64,000 nt of DNA from positions 17,238 through 81,237 of the forward strand of contig DJCV01000017.1 of NCBI GenBank assembly GCA_002430735.1, written 5' to 3'. Made by a program: the position numbers and the translations under genes. Position 1 is the first letter of the stretch, and each line of letters opens with the position of its first letter. Origin of the DNA: Candidatus Woesebacteria bacterium UBA5941 (lineage in GTDB: Bacteria > Patescibacteriota > Microgenomatia > UBA8517). Positions 37,123 to 46,987 of the stretch are shown here, piece by piece. Below the pieces are notes generated by a model, which saw nothing but the letters and a program-made list of their open reading frames with translations, was not told the origin of the DNA and did no database searches.

Positions 37123-39435
37123 TTACGGATTAGGAGTAGCCGTTTGGAATGATCTAAAATTTACTGGATATCCAATAACTACTTTGCCCATTGGGAATGC
37201 ACAATCTAAACAAATATTCGTTCCTAACGGATCAGTGATGACTAAATGATTTTCCATTTGAGTATTCTCTGGGAGGATATCGTTTGGCGCATAGGTGTTT
37301 GAAAGCCGATCAAATGGAAGATCCATGCGTTGTGCACCATTCGCTGGTACTGTGCCATCAGTATAAAACTCATAACGCTGCGGACACCCATTGCTTGCAT
37401 CATTTGGCAAAAATCCAGTGTTTGCACAAATCATAGTTCCAGTAACGTTATCTGGTTGCACCGGCCATGCAGCACCTTTGTCAGTCGGGTAGTATGCACC
37501 AGCTGCCGCTTTATCAAGCACTTTCTTCATAATCGCATTCCAAATTGGAGAAGCACCCGACACTCCTGATACTCCGCCACTCATTGGCGAATTGTCATTA
37601 TTTCCAACCCATACGATCCCGACAGCATGTGGTGTGTACCCATCTGTCCAGTTGTCTCGTCTGTCATTTGTTGTTCCTGTTTTAACTGATACCTCAGGAT
37701 GTCCCGCAACATTGAGGAATGATGAAGGTCCAAATGCCGCTGTTCTTGCATTATTATCTTGCAACGCATGACTAATCAGAAAAGTAACATCAGGCTCTAA
37801 TATTCGAGGACCGCTGAGTGGATCGACTTTGTGTTCGTACAAGACTTTACCGTTCCAGTCTTCAACCTTTTGTATACCGAAAAGGTTTTGCTTAATTCCA
37901 CCGTTTGCAAAGACACCATATGCCGTGGCCATATCAAAGATAGTAACTTCGCCGCCACCTAATGTGAGTGACAAACCATAATTTTTTGGGTCTTGAAGCG
38001 TCGTGAGTCCCAAGTCGCGAGCAAATGTCACGAAATTTTCCAGCCCGTTGAGGGCGAGGACTCTGACGGCTGGGATATTATATGAATTGCCGAGGGCAAA
38101 CCTCACTTGTGATGCGCCATGGAACGTTCCATCGTAGTTGACCGGGCAATATGATTCTTGTCCGACCACTTGGAAACAGGTTGGAATATCAGCAAGAGCA
38201 GTAGAGAGGGTTATTTTCTTATCTCGCAATGCGAGTGCGTAGTTAAATGGCTTAATAGATGAACCTGGTTGTCTCTTTGCAAAAATAATATTCACTTTTC
38301 CATCTTCATCTGTTGCAAAGTAGTCTTTTGAACCAACCATTGAGAGAATTTCTCCTGTTTTTGGATAGGTTACGAGTGCTGCACCGTTTCCAACCTGTTG
38401 CTTCGTGAGTTTTGCAACTTCTTTAGCGACAGCAGCCTCAGCAGTCGCCTGCAACTCAAGGTCGAGTGTTGTGGTTACCCGTAAACCACCTTTTTCAACG
38501 ACACTATCCCCAAACATGTCAGCAAGCTGCTCCTTAATCCAAAGAGAGAAGTGTGGAGCCACAAGGGGACTTGGTTTCGCATACGCAATGTCTGCCTCGT
38601 AGGCTTCTGTTGCTTGCTCTTGAGTGATGTATTTATCTTCGACCATTCGACTCAACACCAATTGCTGGCGCTCTTTTGCAAGCTCAGGTTTTGCACCAAA
38701 TGGAGAGAAACGAGTCGGCGATGCAGTGAGTCCAGCAAGCAGTGACGCTTCTGACAGATTTAGTTGAGCAACCGATTTTCCGAAATAGAGCTGAGAAGCT
38801 GCTTCTACACCGTAGGCTGTTGACCCATATGGAATTTGATTTAAATAAAGCTCTAGGATTTGATCTTTTGAGTATCTGACCTCCACAAGCGTCGCTAAAA
38901 TGAATTCGCGAATTTTACGTTTCAATGTTCGTTCAGGTGTGAGGAGTGCGCTTTTAACGAGCTGTTGGGTTAATGTTGACCCTCCTTCTAGTTGCCCTTG
39001 GAAAACGGTTTTATAGGCTGCGCGCACCATTCCTGGGATAGAGAATCCGCTGTGCTTGTAAAAATCTTTGTCTTCAACTGAAATGGTTGCTTGTTTTACA
39101 ACATCAGGAATTTCATTTAGTTTGACGGGAGTTCTTCGTTCGCTTGCATAGATCTCATAAATCACTGAACCGTTCCGGTCAAGAAGTTTTGTTGAAACCG
39201 CTTGGTTTTGTGAAAGATTGTCGGGGAGTGGAAGCCCCCAGAGTACCCATGCTCCAAGGAGCGCAATACCACTAAAAAAGAGTGCTGCCATGATCATGAG
39301 TGCCTTTTTACTAACCCGCAACCGTTTTAAGAGAGTTTGTTTCACTCGACGATTCTGTGCTGCTTCTTTTTCTACAACGACTTCAGGGTGGGTTGCTCGG
39401 ATACGACGTTTTAGCTTTCTTTTTTTACTTGGCAT
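37123..39435 (-). CDS. Class A penicillin-binding protein (transglycosylase/transpeptidase)
   Basis: EDKDFYKHSG, GGSTLTQQLVK, RQPGSSIK, SYNIPAV, KTGT. Confidence 0.95.
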   Translation of the reverse strand: MPSKKRKLKRRIRATHPEVVVEKEAAQNRRVKQTLLKRLRVSKKALMIMAALFFSGIALLGAWVLWGLPLPDNLSQNQAVSTKLLDRNGSVIYEIYASERRTPVKLNEIPDVVKQATISVEDKDFYKHSGFSIPGMVRAAYKTVFQGQLEGGSTLTQQLVKSALLTPERTLKRKIREFILATLVEVRYSKDQILELYLNQIPYGSTAYGVEAASQLYFGKSVAQLNLSEASLLAGLTASPTRFSPFGAKPELAKERQQLVLSRMVEDKYITQEQATEAYEADIAYAKPSPLVAPHFSLWIKEQLADMFGDSVVEKGGLRVTTTLDLELQATAEAAVAKEVAKLTKQQVGNGAALVTYPKTGEILSMVGSKDYFATDEDGKVNIIFAKRQPGSSIKPFNYALALRDKKITLSTALADIPTCFQVVGQESYCPVNYDGTFHGASQVRFALGNSYNIPAVRVLALNGLENFVTFARDLGLTTLQDPKNYGLSLTLGGGEVTIFDMATAYGVFANGGIKQNLFGIQKVEDWNGKVLYEHKVDPLSGPRILEPDVTFLISHALQDNNARTAAFGPSSFLNVAGHPEVSVKTGTTNDRRDNWTDGYTPHAVGIVWVGNNDNSPMSGGVSGVSGASPIWNAIMKKVLDKAAAGAYYPTDKGAAWPVQPDNVTGTMICANTGFLPNDASNGCPQRYEFYTDGTVPANGAQRMDLPFDRLSNTYAPNDILPENTQMENHLVITDPLGTNICLDCAFPMGKVVIGYPVNFRSFQTATPNP

Positions 39436-39476
39436 ACATCATATTATACTGGATTTTTGCTGTGTTACACTGGTTT

Positions 39477-39959
39477 GTGATTGATCTAACAACAAAACAG
39501 TGGTGGGATTACCTCGACCACGATCTTCAAGAATTATTGTTGCAAGCGTTTGACCTCCTGCGCGTTTCATCGACGCTTGATAGTTATCGCGATTACTCGT
39601 TTATTGTATTCCCGGCAAGTAAGGCATATGAAGGATTTCTAAAGAAGATTTTCTTAGACATGGGCTTTATTACTCGTGAAGATTACGATGGCACTCGATT
39701 TCGTATTGGAAAAGCATTAAATCCAAGCCTTGAGCGCGAGGCTCGAAACGGTCAGTGGGTATACGAGAAACTAGAGCACTATTGCAATGGAAAAGACTTA
39801 CCAGATCTTTTATGGACGACATGGAAAGAGTGTCGAAATGCTGTTTTTCATTGGTTTCCAAAAGATGCACGAGCATTAACGCGTGATGAGGCAGGAGAAC
39901 GGTTGAATCGTGTTATTTATGCAATAGACTCTGTCTTTAGGGAGTGTAAAATAAAATGA
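39477..39959 (+). CDS. Stand-alone RnlA/LsoA-like HEPN domain protein
   Basis: DYSFIVFPASKAYEGFLK, IGKAL, CRNAVFH (RX4H); GTG start 5 nt after TACACT. Confidence 0.7.
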   Translation: MIDLTTKQWWDYLDHDLQELLLQAFDLLRVSSTLDSYRDYSFIVFPASKAYEGFLKKIFLDMGFITREDYDGTRFRIGKALNPSLEREARNGQWVYEKLEHYCNGKDLPDLLWTTWKECRNAVFHWFPKDARALTRDEAGERLNRVIYAIDSVFRECKIK

Positions 39960-40612
39960 AGATGAAGAAAGTAATTGCCCTACAAGTTCGTCATGTTACC
40001 TTATTGTTTGCATATCTTCTTATCGTGTGGGGTTTTTACCGGCTGTTATTTCAAGTACCAGAACCATTTGATGAATTGCTCGTAAAGCCAGTAGTTTGGC
40101 TCGTTCCTGTGCTGATATTTTTGAAGAAGGAAAAGCTAGGACTTAATAGCATCGGAATTACAAATAAAAACCTTTTTCCCGCGATTTATTTTTCCTTGGT
40201 TCTCGGTGCGCTTTTTGCTTTCGAAGGATTTTTTATTAATTATTTTAAATATAAAGGGTCGTTGTTCTCTGCAAACATAGGGGAATATGATTTGTATTTT
40301 GCACTCCTTCTATCCGTCATAACGGGTATCTCTGAGGAATTAACATTTAGAGGGTATTTCTATACGCGTCTTGTGAATATTTTAAAGAATGAATGGAAAG
40401 CGACTCTTATTACCAGTGCAGGCTGGACAATGATTCACCTTCCGATCGCACTCTTTGATTGGAAGCTTGATCTTTCAGCCCTAAGCATTTATCTTCTTTT
40501 GATTTTCATCTTCGGTTTCGGTGCATCATTTATTTATGCTCGAACACGAAATGTCATTGCTCCAATCCTTCTCCATGTAATGTGGGCATGGCCGATCCTG
40601 CTCTTTCGTTAA
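39956..40612 (+). CDS. CPBP (CAAX/Abi) intramembrane metalloprotease
   Basis: EELTFRGY, W..IH, ILLHVMW; multiple TM. Confidence 0.92.
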   Translation: MKMKKVIALQVRHVTLLFAYLLIVWGFYRLLFQVPEPFDELLVKPVVWLVPVLIFLKKEKLGLNSIGITNKNLFPAIYFSLVLGALFAFEGFFINYFKYKGSLFSANIGEYDLYFALLLSVITGISEELTFRGYFYTRLVNILKNEWKATLITSAGWTMIHLPIALFDWKLDLSALSIYLLLIFIFGFGASFIYARTRNVIAPILLHVMWAWPILLFR

Positions 40613-40672
40613 TCGTTTGGATATTTGACTCAATTCCTACAGAAGCCTATCCTATACTGGCCCAACACAATT

Positions 40673-41284
40673 ATGGTCGGCCGCCTTCTTACTCGAATAG
40701 CGACAGTATCATTAGCACTTTTTATTTTAGTTGTTTCACTTATCGAAACTTCTTCAATTAAGTATGCTTTCGGTGCTCGAGAAACTGCAAACCCTCATCC
40801 CACACCTCAAGTTGACGTAACCTATGCCTTGCCACATCCCGGGAGTGTCATGCCTGGGAATCCATTGTGGGTTGCAAAAGTTATGCGAGATAAGGTTTCA
40901 CTTAAACTCACCCTTGATCATGAAAGACGTGCTGGTTATGAATTGCACTTAGCGGACAAACGACTAGCCATGGGCTGGGAACTCTGGCTAAAAGCCGATA
41001 CGAATGAGGCAATTGCGACATTTGAAAAAGCAGAGGGGTACTTAAATAATGCATATTTAACGTTATTTGAATCAAATGATTTCTCCGACAGTCATGATTT
41101 TCTAAGACAACTTGCATATGCATCGCTTAAGCATCGGCAAGTATTAGAGAGCGTCTTAGCTGAGAGTAGTGATGAAGCGCGGCCAATGATCACAAAGCTA
41201 CTGGATACTTCAAAAACAATATACAAAGAAGCCTCTGCAAAAATGGAACAACTCCATCTAAATCCACCCGCAAATCCATTTTAA
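40673..41284 (+). CDS. DUF5667-like exported helical protein
   Basis: TM, YALPHPG.VMPGNPLW..K.MRD, ADKRL, KH..VL. Confidence 0.7.
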   Translation: MVGRLLTRIATVSLALFILVVSLIETSSIKYAFGARETANPHPTPQVDVTYALPHPGSVMPGNPLWVAKVMRDKVSLKLTLDHERRAGYELHLADKRLAMGWELWLKADTNEAIATFEKAEGYLNNAYLTLFESNDFSDSHDFLRQLAYASLKHRQVLESVLAESSDEARPMITKLLDTSKTIYKEASAKMEQLHLNPPANPF

Positions 41285-41336
41285 GACCTACTTCAGAACT
41301 TCACTCCCAGTCATTATCTGAACAATAAATGCTATA

Positions 41337-41365
41337 TTGACAATCTATATGTAGTGGCGCATTAT
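41337..41365 (+). promoter_or_regulatory. sigma70 promoter of nrdR-nrdJ-pduO with an NrdR box in the spacer
   Basis: TTGACA-17 nt-CATTAT; AATCTATATGTAGTGG (41342-41357) fits acaCwAtATaTwGtg. Confidence 0.7.
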
Positions 41366-41404
41366 GAAATTCGCTACTGCTGGTAGCGGAAAATAGTTTC
41401 ACAC

Positions 41405-41854
41405 ATGAAATGTCCGTTTTGCGGGAAGGTAGAAAGCGAGGTCTTAGAAAGTCGGGTTGTTGAAGAAGGAAACGGCATCCGCAGACGAAGATCTTGTTTG
41501 AAATGCAAAAAACGATTCTCAACACTTGAGCGGGTTAAGGAATCGACGATTTGGGTAGTAAAGAGTGACGGCAGACGCGAGCAATTTAGTCGAGAGAAAA
41601 TTAGAAAAGGTATTTTGAGAGCAGTTGAGAAACGATCCGTGCCATTGAGTTTAGTTGATGATATTGTAGGACGTGTTGAGAAAGATATTGCGAGAAAACA
41701 ATTACAGGAAGTTTCATCACACACGATTGGAAGGACTGTATTGAAGTATTTACAGAAAACAGATAAAGTGGCCTGGTTGCGATTCGCAAGTGTGTATTTT
41801 CAGTTTGAAGATTTGGCTGACTTTGAAAAACTTATAGAAAAGATGAATCCATGA
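41405..41854 (+). CDS. nrdR: Transcriptional repressor NrdR
   Basis: MKCPFC, SR, IRRRRSC..C..RFST.E, ATP-cone, VAWLRFASVY. Confidence 0.96.
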   Translation: MKCPFCGKVESEVLESRVVEEGNGIRRRRSCLKCKKRFSTLERVKESTIWVVKSDGRREQFSREKIRKGILRAVEKRSVPLSLVDDIVGRVEKDIARKQLQEVSSHTIGRTVLKYLQKTDKVAWLRFASVYFQFEDLADFEKLIEKMNP

Positions 41855-44412
41855 AAGTACCAAAGAAAACATCACAAAAGTACGGAAAAGACAAAAGTAA
41901 AAGCGGTGAATTTAAAGACCTTCGAAAAAGCGCACTCTTTCATATCTCAGAGAGTGAGATCCCCACAAAAACCCAACTAGATGGACTTCGAGAAACTGTA
42001 TTTATGGATCGCTATTCATTGAAAGACAGCGACGGAGCATCCCTTGAAAAGTATCCAGAACAAATGTGGCTTCGTGTCGCAAAGGGCATTGCTCAGTTTG
42101 AAGAGGAATCAAAGCGAAAAGAGTGGGAGCAGAAGTTCTACGGAATTATGAGTGACTTCAAGTTTGTTCCGGGAGGCAGAATTTTATCTGGAGCTGGAAC
42201 TGGATATGAAGTCACATTCTTCAACTGTTATGTTATCCCATCTCCATCCGATAGCCGTGGGGGAATCATGGAAAACATTACACAGACTGTCGAAATTCAA
42301 TCCCGTGCGGGAGGAGTTGGTGTTAATTTAAGTTCCCTCAGACCTCGTGGTGCACGTGTTCGAAAGGTAAATGGTACTTCAAGTGGACCGGTCAACTGGG
42401 CGTCCCTGTATTCAACTGCAAATCATGATGTGATCCAACAAGGCGGAAGCCGTCGTGGAGCGCTCATGCTTATGTTGAACGATTGGCATCCGGATGTGAA
42501 AGAATTTATTAAGGTAAAGGAAGACTTAACTAAAATTCCTGGTGCCAATTTGTCAGTCTGTGTATCTGATGAATTTATGGATGCCGTTAAAAACGATAGC
42601 GATTGGGATTTAGTATTTCCAGATTTTGCAAACGATGATCGATATGATGAGCTTTGGAATGGAGATATTGATAAATGGAAAGAAAACGGTGGAAAAGTCG
42701 TTGTGTATGAAACCGTTAAAGCTCGAAAGCTTTGGGACATGATTGCTGAAGCGGCATGGAAGAGTGCAGAGCCTGGACTTCACTTTATTGGTCGTAGTAA
42801 CAAACGGAGTAACACTTGGTATTTTGAAAAATTAATTGCAACAAACCCCTGCGGAGAACAACCACTCGGAGCATGGGCAGTGTGTAATTTGGGCGCAATG
42901 AACCTTGTGGCATATGTCGATGGAAACGGTGAGTTTAACTTCGACCAATTAGCATCTGATGTGCAAATTGCGATGCGCTTTATGGATAACGTCTGTGATG
43001 CAAACTTCTATTTCTATCCAGAAACATATGAAATGCAAATGGACATCCGTCGAACCGGGCTTGGGACAATGGGCTTAGGTGACGCGTTGATTAAAATGAA
43101 GATTGCATATGGATCTGATAAGTCAGTCGAGGTAATTGAAAAAATTTATAAGACCATTCGAGATAATGCATATTTAGCAAGCAGTGAGATTGCTGGGGAA
43201 AAGGGAAGCTTTAGAAAATTTGAAAGCGATAAATACTTAAACGGATATTTTATTAAAAAACTCCCTAAGTATATCCGTGAAAACATTGCTAAAAAAGGAA
43301 TCCGAAATGCGGTACTTTTGACGCAAGCTCCAACTGGTACAACATCACTCTTGTCTGGGGTAAGTTCAGGAATTGAGCCTGTGTATAACTTTGAATTTAA
43401 GCGAAAAGATAGAACTGGAGAACATATGGTGTATCATCCGCTTTTTGAAGAATGGAAGAAAGCACATCCAGATAGTGAGAAACCTGATTATTTTGTTTGT
43501 GCTATGGACTTGTCGCCTGAAGAGCATCTGAAAGTACAAGCAAAAATCCAAGAATATACTGATTCTTCAATTTCAAAAACGGTAAACGCACCAAACGAAT
43601 ACACCGTTGAGGATGTAAAACGGTTATATACAAAAGCATATGAAATGGGATGCAAAGGTATTACGTTCTTTAGAGATGGGTCTCGTGCAGGAGTGCTCGA
43701 GAATGTGAAGGAAGAGAAAAAAGAAGAGAAAGCAAAAGAAGAAAAAGCTGCAGTTGCACAAGGGGACTATTTAATTGAACGACCATTTATGGTGAAAGGC
43801 GCAACATACAAGATGCAGACTCCGTCTGGAAAAGCATTCATAACAATTAATGAAGACGGTGAAGGAGAACCTCTTGAGGTGTTCATAAACGTCGGAAATG
43901 CTGGGAGTGATATCGCCGCATTTGCGGAAGCATTAGGTCGCATGATCTCTGCAACGCTTCGAATGCGAGGTTCAATTTCTGCAAAGAAACGAGCGCTTGA
44001 AATTAGCGAACAATTGTCGGGTATTGGCGGAAGACGGTCTGTGGGCTTTGGTGCGAATAGAATAATGTCTCTTCCAGATGCAATTGGAATTGCACTAGCC
44101 ACTCATTATGGATTTAGACAAAATTTAAATCTCCCCACATCAAACGGGGTACATATGACGAATGGTAATGGTCATTCAAATGGATTAACGAATGGTCACA
44201 CGACAAACGACGAAGTTAAGCAAACATTATTCGCTGCAGGCACAGCTGAGTCGACGAGTGTTACTTCAAGCGGGATGATGCTGCAGGTACAAGCTGAACT
44301 GCCCCTTACAGGGAAACAAAAAACAGATTTGTGTCCAGAATGTGGCAGCCATTCACTTGTCATGGAGGAGGGCTGTGCAAAATGCTACACCTGCGGACAC
44401 AGCGAGTGTTAA
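41851..44412 (+). CDS. nrdJ: Class II adenosylcobalamin-dependent ribonucleotide reductase with C-terminal TSCPD-like and Zn-ribbon domains
   Basis: FNCYV, GGVG, RRGA, TNPCGEQPL, CNLG, APTGTTS, SISKTVN, KGITFFRDGSR, CPEC..EEGCAKC..CGHSEC; no beta subunit. Confidence 0.93.
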   Translation: MKVPKKTSQKYGKDKSKSGEFKDLRKSALFHISESEIPTKTQLDGLRETVFMDRYSLKDSDGASLEKYPEQMWLRVAKGIAQFEEESKRKEWEQKFYGIMSDFKFVPGGRILSGAGTGYEVTFFNCYVIPSPSDSRGGIMENITQTVEIQSRAGGVGVNLSSLRPRGARVRKVNGTSSGPVNWASLYSTANHDVIQQGGSRRGALMLMLNDWHPDVKEFIKVKEDLTKIPGANLSVCVSDEFMDAVKNDSDWDLVFPDFANDDRYDELWNGDIDKWKENGGKVVVYETVKARKLWDMIAEAAWKSAEPGLHFIGRSNKRSNTWYFEKLIATNPCGEQPLGAWAVCNLGAMNLVAYVDGNGEFNFDQLASDVQIAMRFMDNVCDANFYFYPETYEMQMDIRRTGLGTMGLGDALIKMKIAYGSDKSVEVIEKIYKTIRDNAYLASSEIAGEKGSFRKFESDKYLNGYFIKKLPKYIRENIAKKGIRNAVLLTQAPTGTTSLLSGVSSGIEPVYNFEFKRKDRTGEHMVYHPLFEEWKKAHPDSEKPDYFVCAMDLSPEEHLKVQAKIQEYTDSSISKTVNAPNEYTVEDVKRLYTKAYEMGCKGITFFRDGSRAGVLENVKEEKKEEKAKEEKAAVAQGDYLIERPFMVKGATYKMQTPSGKAFITINEDGEGEPLEVFINVGNAGSDIAAFAEALGRMISATLRMRGSISAKKRALEISEQLSGIGGRRSVGFGANRIMSLPDAIGIALATHYGFRQNLNLPTSNGVHMTNGNGHSNGLTNGHTTNDEVKQTLFAAGTAESTSVTSSGMMLQVQAELPLTGKQKTDLCPECGSHSLVMEEGCAKCYTCGHSEC

Positions 44413-44415
44413 TTC

Positions 44416-44961
44416 ATGGCCGTTTATACCAGGAAAGGTGATACCGGAACTACTTCAATGTATGAGGCAGACCCAAAAAAGCGCTGTCGTGTGTCAAAGT
44501 CAGATCTTCGAGTACAAGCAATTGGTGCCGTTGATGAAGTGAATAGTTACCTTGGCATTTGTAATTTTTATGTACAGTCTTCAAACACAAAAAAGTTTGT
44601 AACAGACATTCAACGAAATTTGTTTACTATTGGATCAATTCTTTCAAAAGCTCCATTAGAAATAAAGAAAGCTGAAACAAAAAAACTTGAAGGAGAAATT
44701 GATCGTATTGAAGAATCACTTCCACCACTCAGAAACTTTTTACTTCCAGAAGGGAGTATCTCTGCTGTACATTTTATGTATGCGCGTGCACTCGCCCGGC
44801 GCGCTGAGCGAAGAGTGGTAGCTCTGCACAATAAAGAAGCGGTGGATAGTGGGGTCCTTGAATATATAAATAGACTCTCTGATTATTTGTTTTGTATATT
44901 TCGTGAGGAGAACGCGTTAAGTGGGGAAAAGGAAGAGCTCTGGATTGGGAGAAAGTCTTAA
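44416..44961 (+). CDS. PduO-type cob(I)alamin adenosyltransferase
   Basis: VYTRKGDTGTT, K..R..AIGAVDEVNS, RRAER, YINRLSDYLF. Confidence 0.93.
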   Translation: MAVYTRKGDTGTTSMYEADPKKRCRVSKSDLRVQAIGAVDEVNSYLGICNFYVQSSNTKKFVTDIQRNLFTIGSILSKAPLEIKKAETKKLEGEIDRIEESLPPLRNFLLPEGSISAVHFMYARALARRAERRVVALHNKEAVDSGVLEYINRLSDYLFCIFREENALSGEKEELWIGRKS

Positions 44962-46202
44962 AACAGAAACGCCGCAAACAGTTGTGCTGCGATATTTAAA
45001 ATCACATTTGGCTCAGTTATCTCAAGCGTTTCAGTAGGTTTTTTAGCTCGTTTTCTTTCAGCAATCTTTTTGATATCTTCAAGTGATTTACCTGATTGAA
45101 ATGCGCGATCACACGTTTTACAAATCATACAAAGTCCAAGAGCTTGCTCAGATCCCGCTTTCTCACTAATGCATGCCTTTAGCGATTCCATTGCGCAAAT
45201 TCCAGTATTAGGAAATTCTTCCTCTCCTTCAATAAGACGAGCACCGAATGGTGTTTCAACATACGTTCCGCCACCTCCATTACATCCACCATCTTCTTGA
45301 AATGCTTCGTATGCAGCAGTGTACTCAGCTGCGGTTTGTGGAGTCCTGCCGATAACTGAAAGTGATTTCATATCAAGTACTGTTCGGCCCATCTCGTACA
45401 GTAGGGTTGCCATTGAAGCATCGCTGTTGTCACGAATATTTTGTCGAGTGAATTCTGAAAACTGTTGGATGCGATTTTTAATATGAGCTTCTATTTCCGG
45501 ATAGCGGTTAAGACACATGCGCATATGTGCCATCGACTCACCAGTCACACTTTCAATCGCATCTACGACATCGTGTGAGGTGACACTTGTTTCGATGAGG
45601 GCACTGGTAAGTGCAGTGATTCTCTCTATTTCGCCTCTATTTCTATTCAGCGTGTTCCCATTTAAAACTTCGTGTAAGTCCTCGCTTCCATCAAGGGACA
45701 TTTTTGAAACAAAGGTCATACTTTCAATAGCACCACCGCGATTGCGATAGAAATATACTTGTGCCTCGGGGTAGCTTATTCCGTTATATCCTGACCATCC
45801 TGGTGGACTAATTAACACAAAACTATCATTGTGCTTTGAACATAAGAGTTTCTCTTCAAGTTCTTGAATGGATTTATATATCGTTCCATTTCGCTCTTCA
45901 GGAGAAACCGTATTGATAAGTGGTTGGTTTCCATACTTTGGGCAAACAACACGACCGTTTTCCATGGTAATTGGGAATGGAAGAACCGGAAGTCTTCGGT
46001 AGTATTCATCGTGCAGTCCACGCAGGTCTTGTTCGTTTTTCTCAACAACACTTTCAATCCATTCAGACGGTGTTTCATAGTCACCGTATGAAGAACGGAT
46101 CATTTCTATCTGACCGTGGATATCAAAACCGGTTCCTTTTAATTGCACGACATGAGCATCAATACGAGGAGAGGGAGTGGTTTCTGTACGTTCAATAAGC
46201 AT
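44958..46202 (-). CDS. Hypothetical protein with C-terminal Gly/Cys motif and putative Zn-binding Cys cluster
   Basis: About 414 aa; GGCNGGGG, C..C..LCMICKTCD; ATG 46202 preferred over GTG 46256. Confidence 0.7.
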   Translation of the reverse strand: MLIERTETTPSPRIDAHVVQLKGTGFDIHGQIEMIRSSYGDYETPSEWIESVVEKNEQDLRGLHDEYYRRLPVLPFPITMENGRVVCPKYGNQPLINTVSPEERNGTIYKSIQELEEKLLCSKHNDSFVLISPPGWSGYNGISYPEAQVYFYRNRGGAIESMTFVSKMSLDGSEDLHEVLNGNTLNRNRGEIERITALTSALIETSVTSHDVVDAIESVTGESMAHMRMCLNRYPEIEAHIKNRIQQFSEFTRQNIRDNSDASMATLLYEMGRTVLDMKSLSVIGRTPQTAAEYTAAYEAFQEDGGCNGGGGTYVETPFGARLIEGEEEFPNTGICAMESLKACISEKAGSEQALGLCMICKTCDRAFQSGKSLEDIKKIAERKRAKKPTETLEITEPNVILNIAAQLFAAFLF

Positions 46203-46310
46203 AGTCCTGCACGGGAAATCTTGATTGTTAGTTTTCCGACTATACGGTTGCGGCACAGCTCAGGAGTTACACCTGATTCCTTAAACACAATCTCTAAAAC
46301 AATGTACAAG

Positions 46311-46338
46311 AAAAGGCGCCGTTTGAATAGCGCCTTTT
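46311..46338 (-). terminator. Intrinsic (possibly bidirectional) terminator
   Basis: AAAAGGCGC...GCGCCTTTT; G-U extension on minus strand. Confidence 0.7.
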
Positions 46339-46345
46339 ATTACAG

Positions 46346-46906
46346 TTACTCCTGTCGCAAATGTACTGCGAAATCGCTTCCGCTGACTAATGCCGATGCT
46401 GGCCGTTTATGGCCGCTATATGACATCATTATTTTTTGATAGCCAGCGATCATCTTGTATTCGAACGGGTTGTCAGTTTTATCCTCGTCCTGTTGATACA
46501 TCGAGAACTGAACTTCAGCCCACACAATTGCCAGTTTTGGCGCTTGTAGACCCAAAAACAGCGGATGTTCTTCGATAAACTGGGAATGGTCGTATTTTCG
46601 TAGTCGCAATTCAACGCTGAATAGCAGCGCACTTGCGATAAAGATCTTCCCTTTGTCATCGACGAGTACTGATCCACAGTGTTCACTGGGATTGCTCACG
46701 ATTAGTGGAGCAATATCGTGGTCGTTAAGCATCATTCGCCCACAAAACAGAGTTCCCTCAATGAATCCGTTTGCGAGAAATTCAGCGCTCCACAAAGGTT
46801 GTTGGAAATACGAGTCTACATGAGTGATTTCAAACCCGCCGGGGAACGTCGTCCGCGGCACGTTGAACTGATATGGCTTTCCCAATAGAATCGATGGTAC
46901 AGGCAT
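46346..46906 (-). CDS. 186 aa hypothetical protein (ORFan cassette)
   Basis: TGATAATAT promoter, AGGAGGTG SD before ATG 46906, terminator after stop. Confidence 0.65.
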   Translation of the reverse strand: MPVPSILLGKPYQFNVPRTTFPGGFEITHVDSYFQQPLWSAEFLANGFIEGTLFCGRMMLNDHDIAPLIVSNPSEHCGSVLVDDKGKIFIASALLFSVELRLRKYDHSQFIEEHPLFLGLQAPKLAIVWAEVQFSMYQQDEDKTDNPFEYKMIAGYQKIMMSYSGHKRPASALVSGSDFAVHLRQE

Positions 46907-46987
46907 TACACACCTCCTAAATTGTAAGCGATACCCTATATTATCACTTCCATTGCTGTATGTCACGGTCACATATACAATGAAACC

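Noticed and set aside
41851-44412. Intein or intron in nrdJ
   Set aside because: The frame is continuous with normal motif spacing; the extra length is the C-terminal domain and a low-complexity linker, with no splice-junction motifs.
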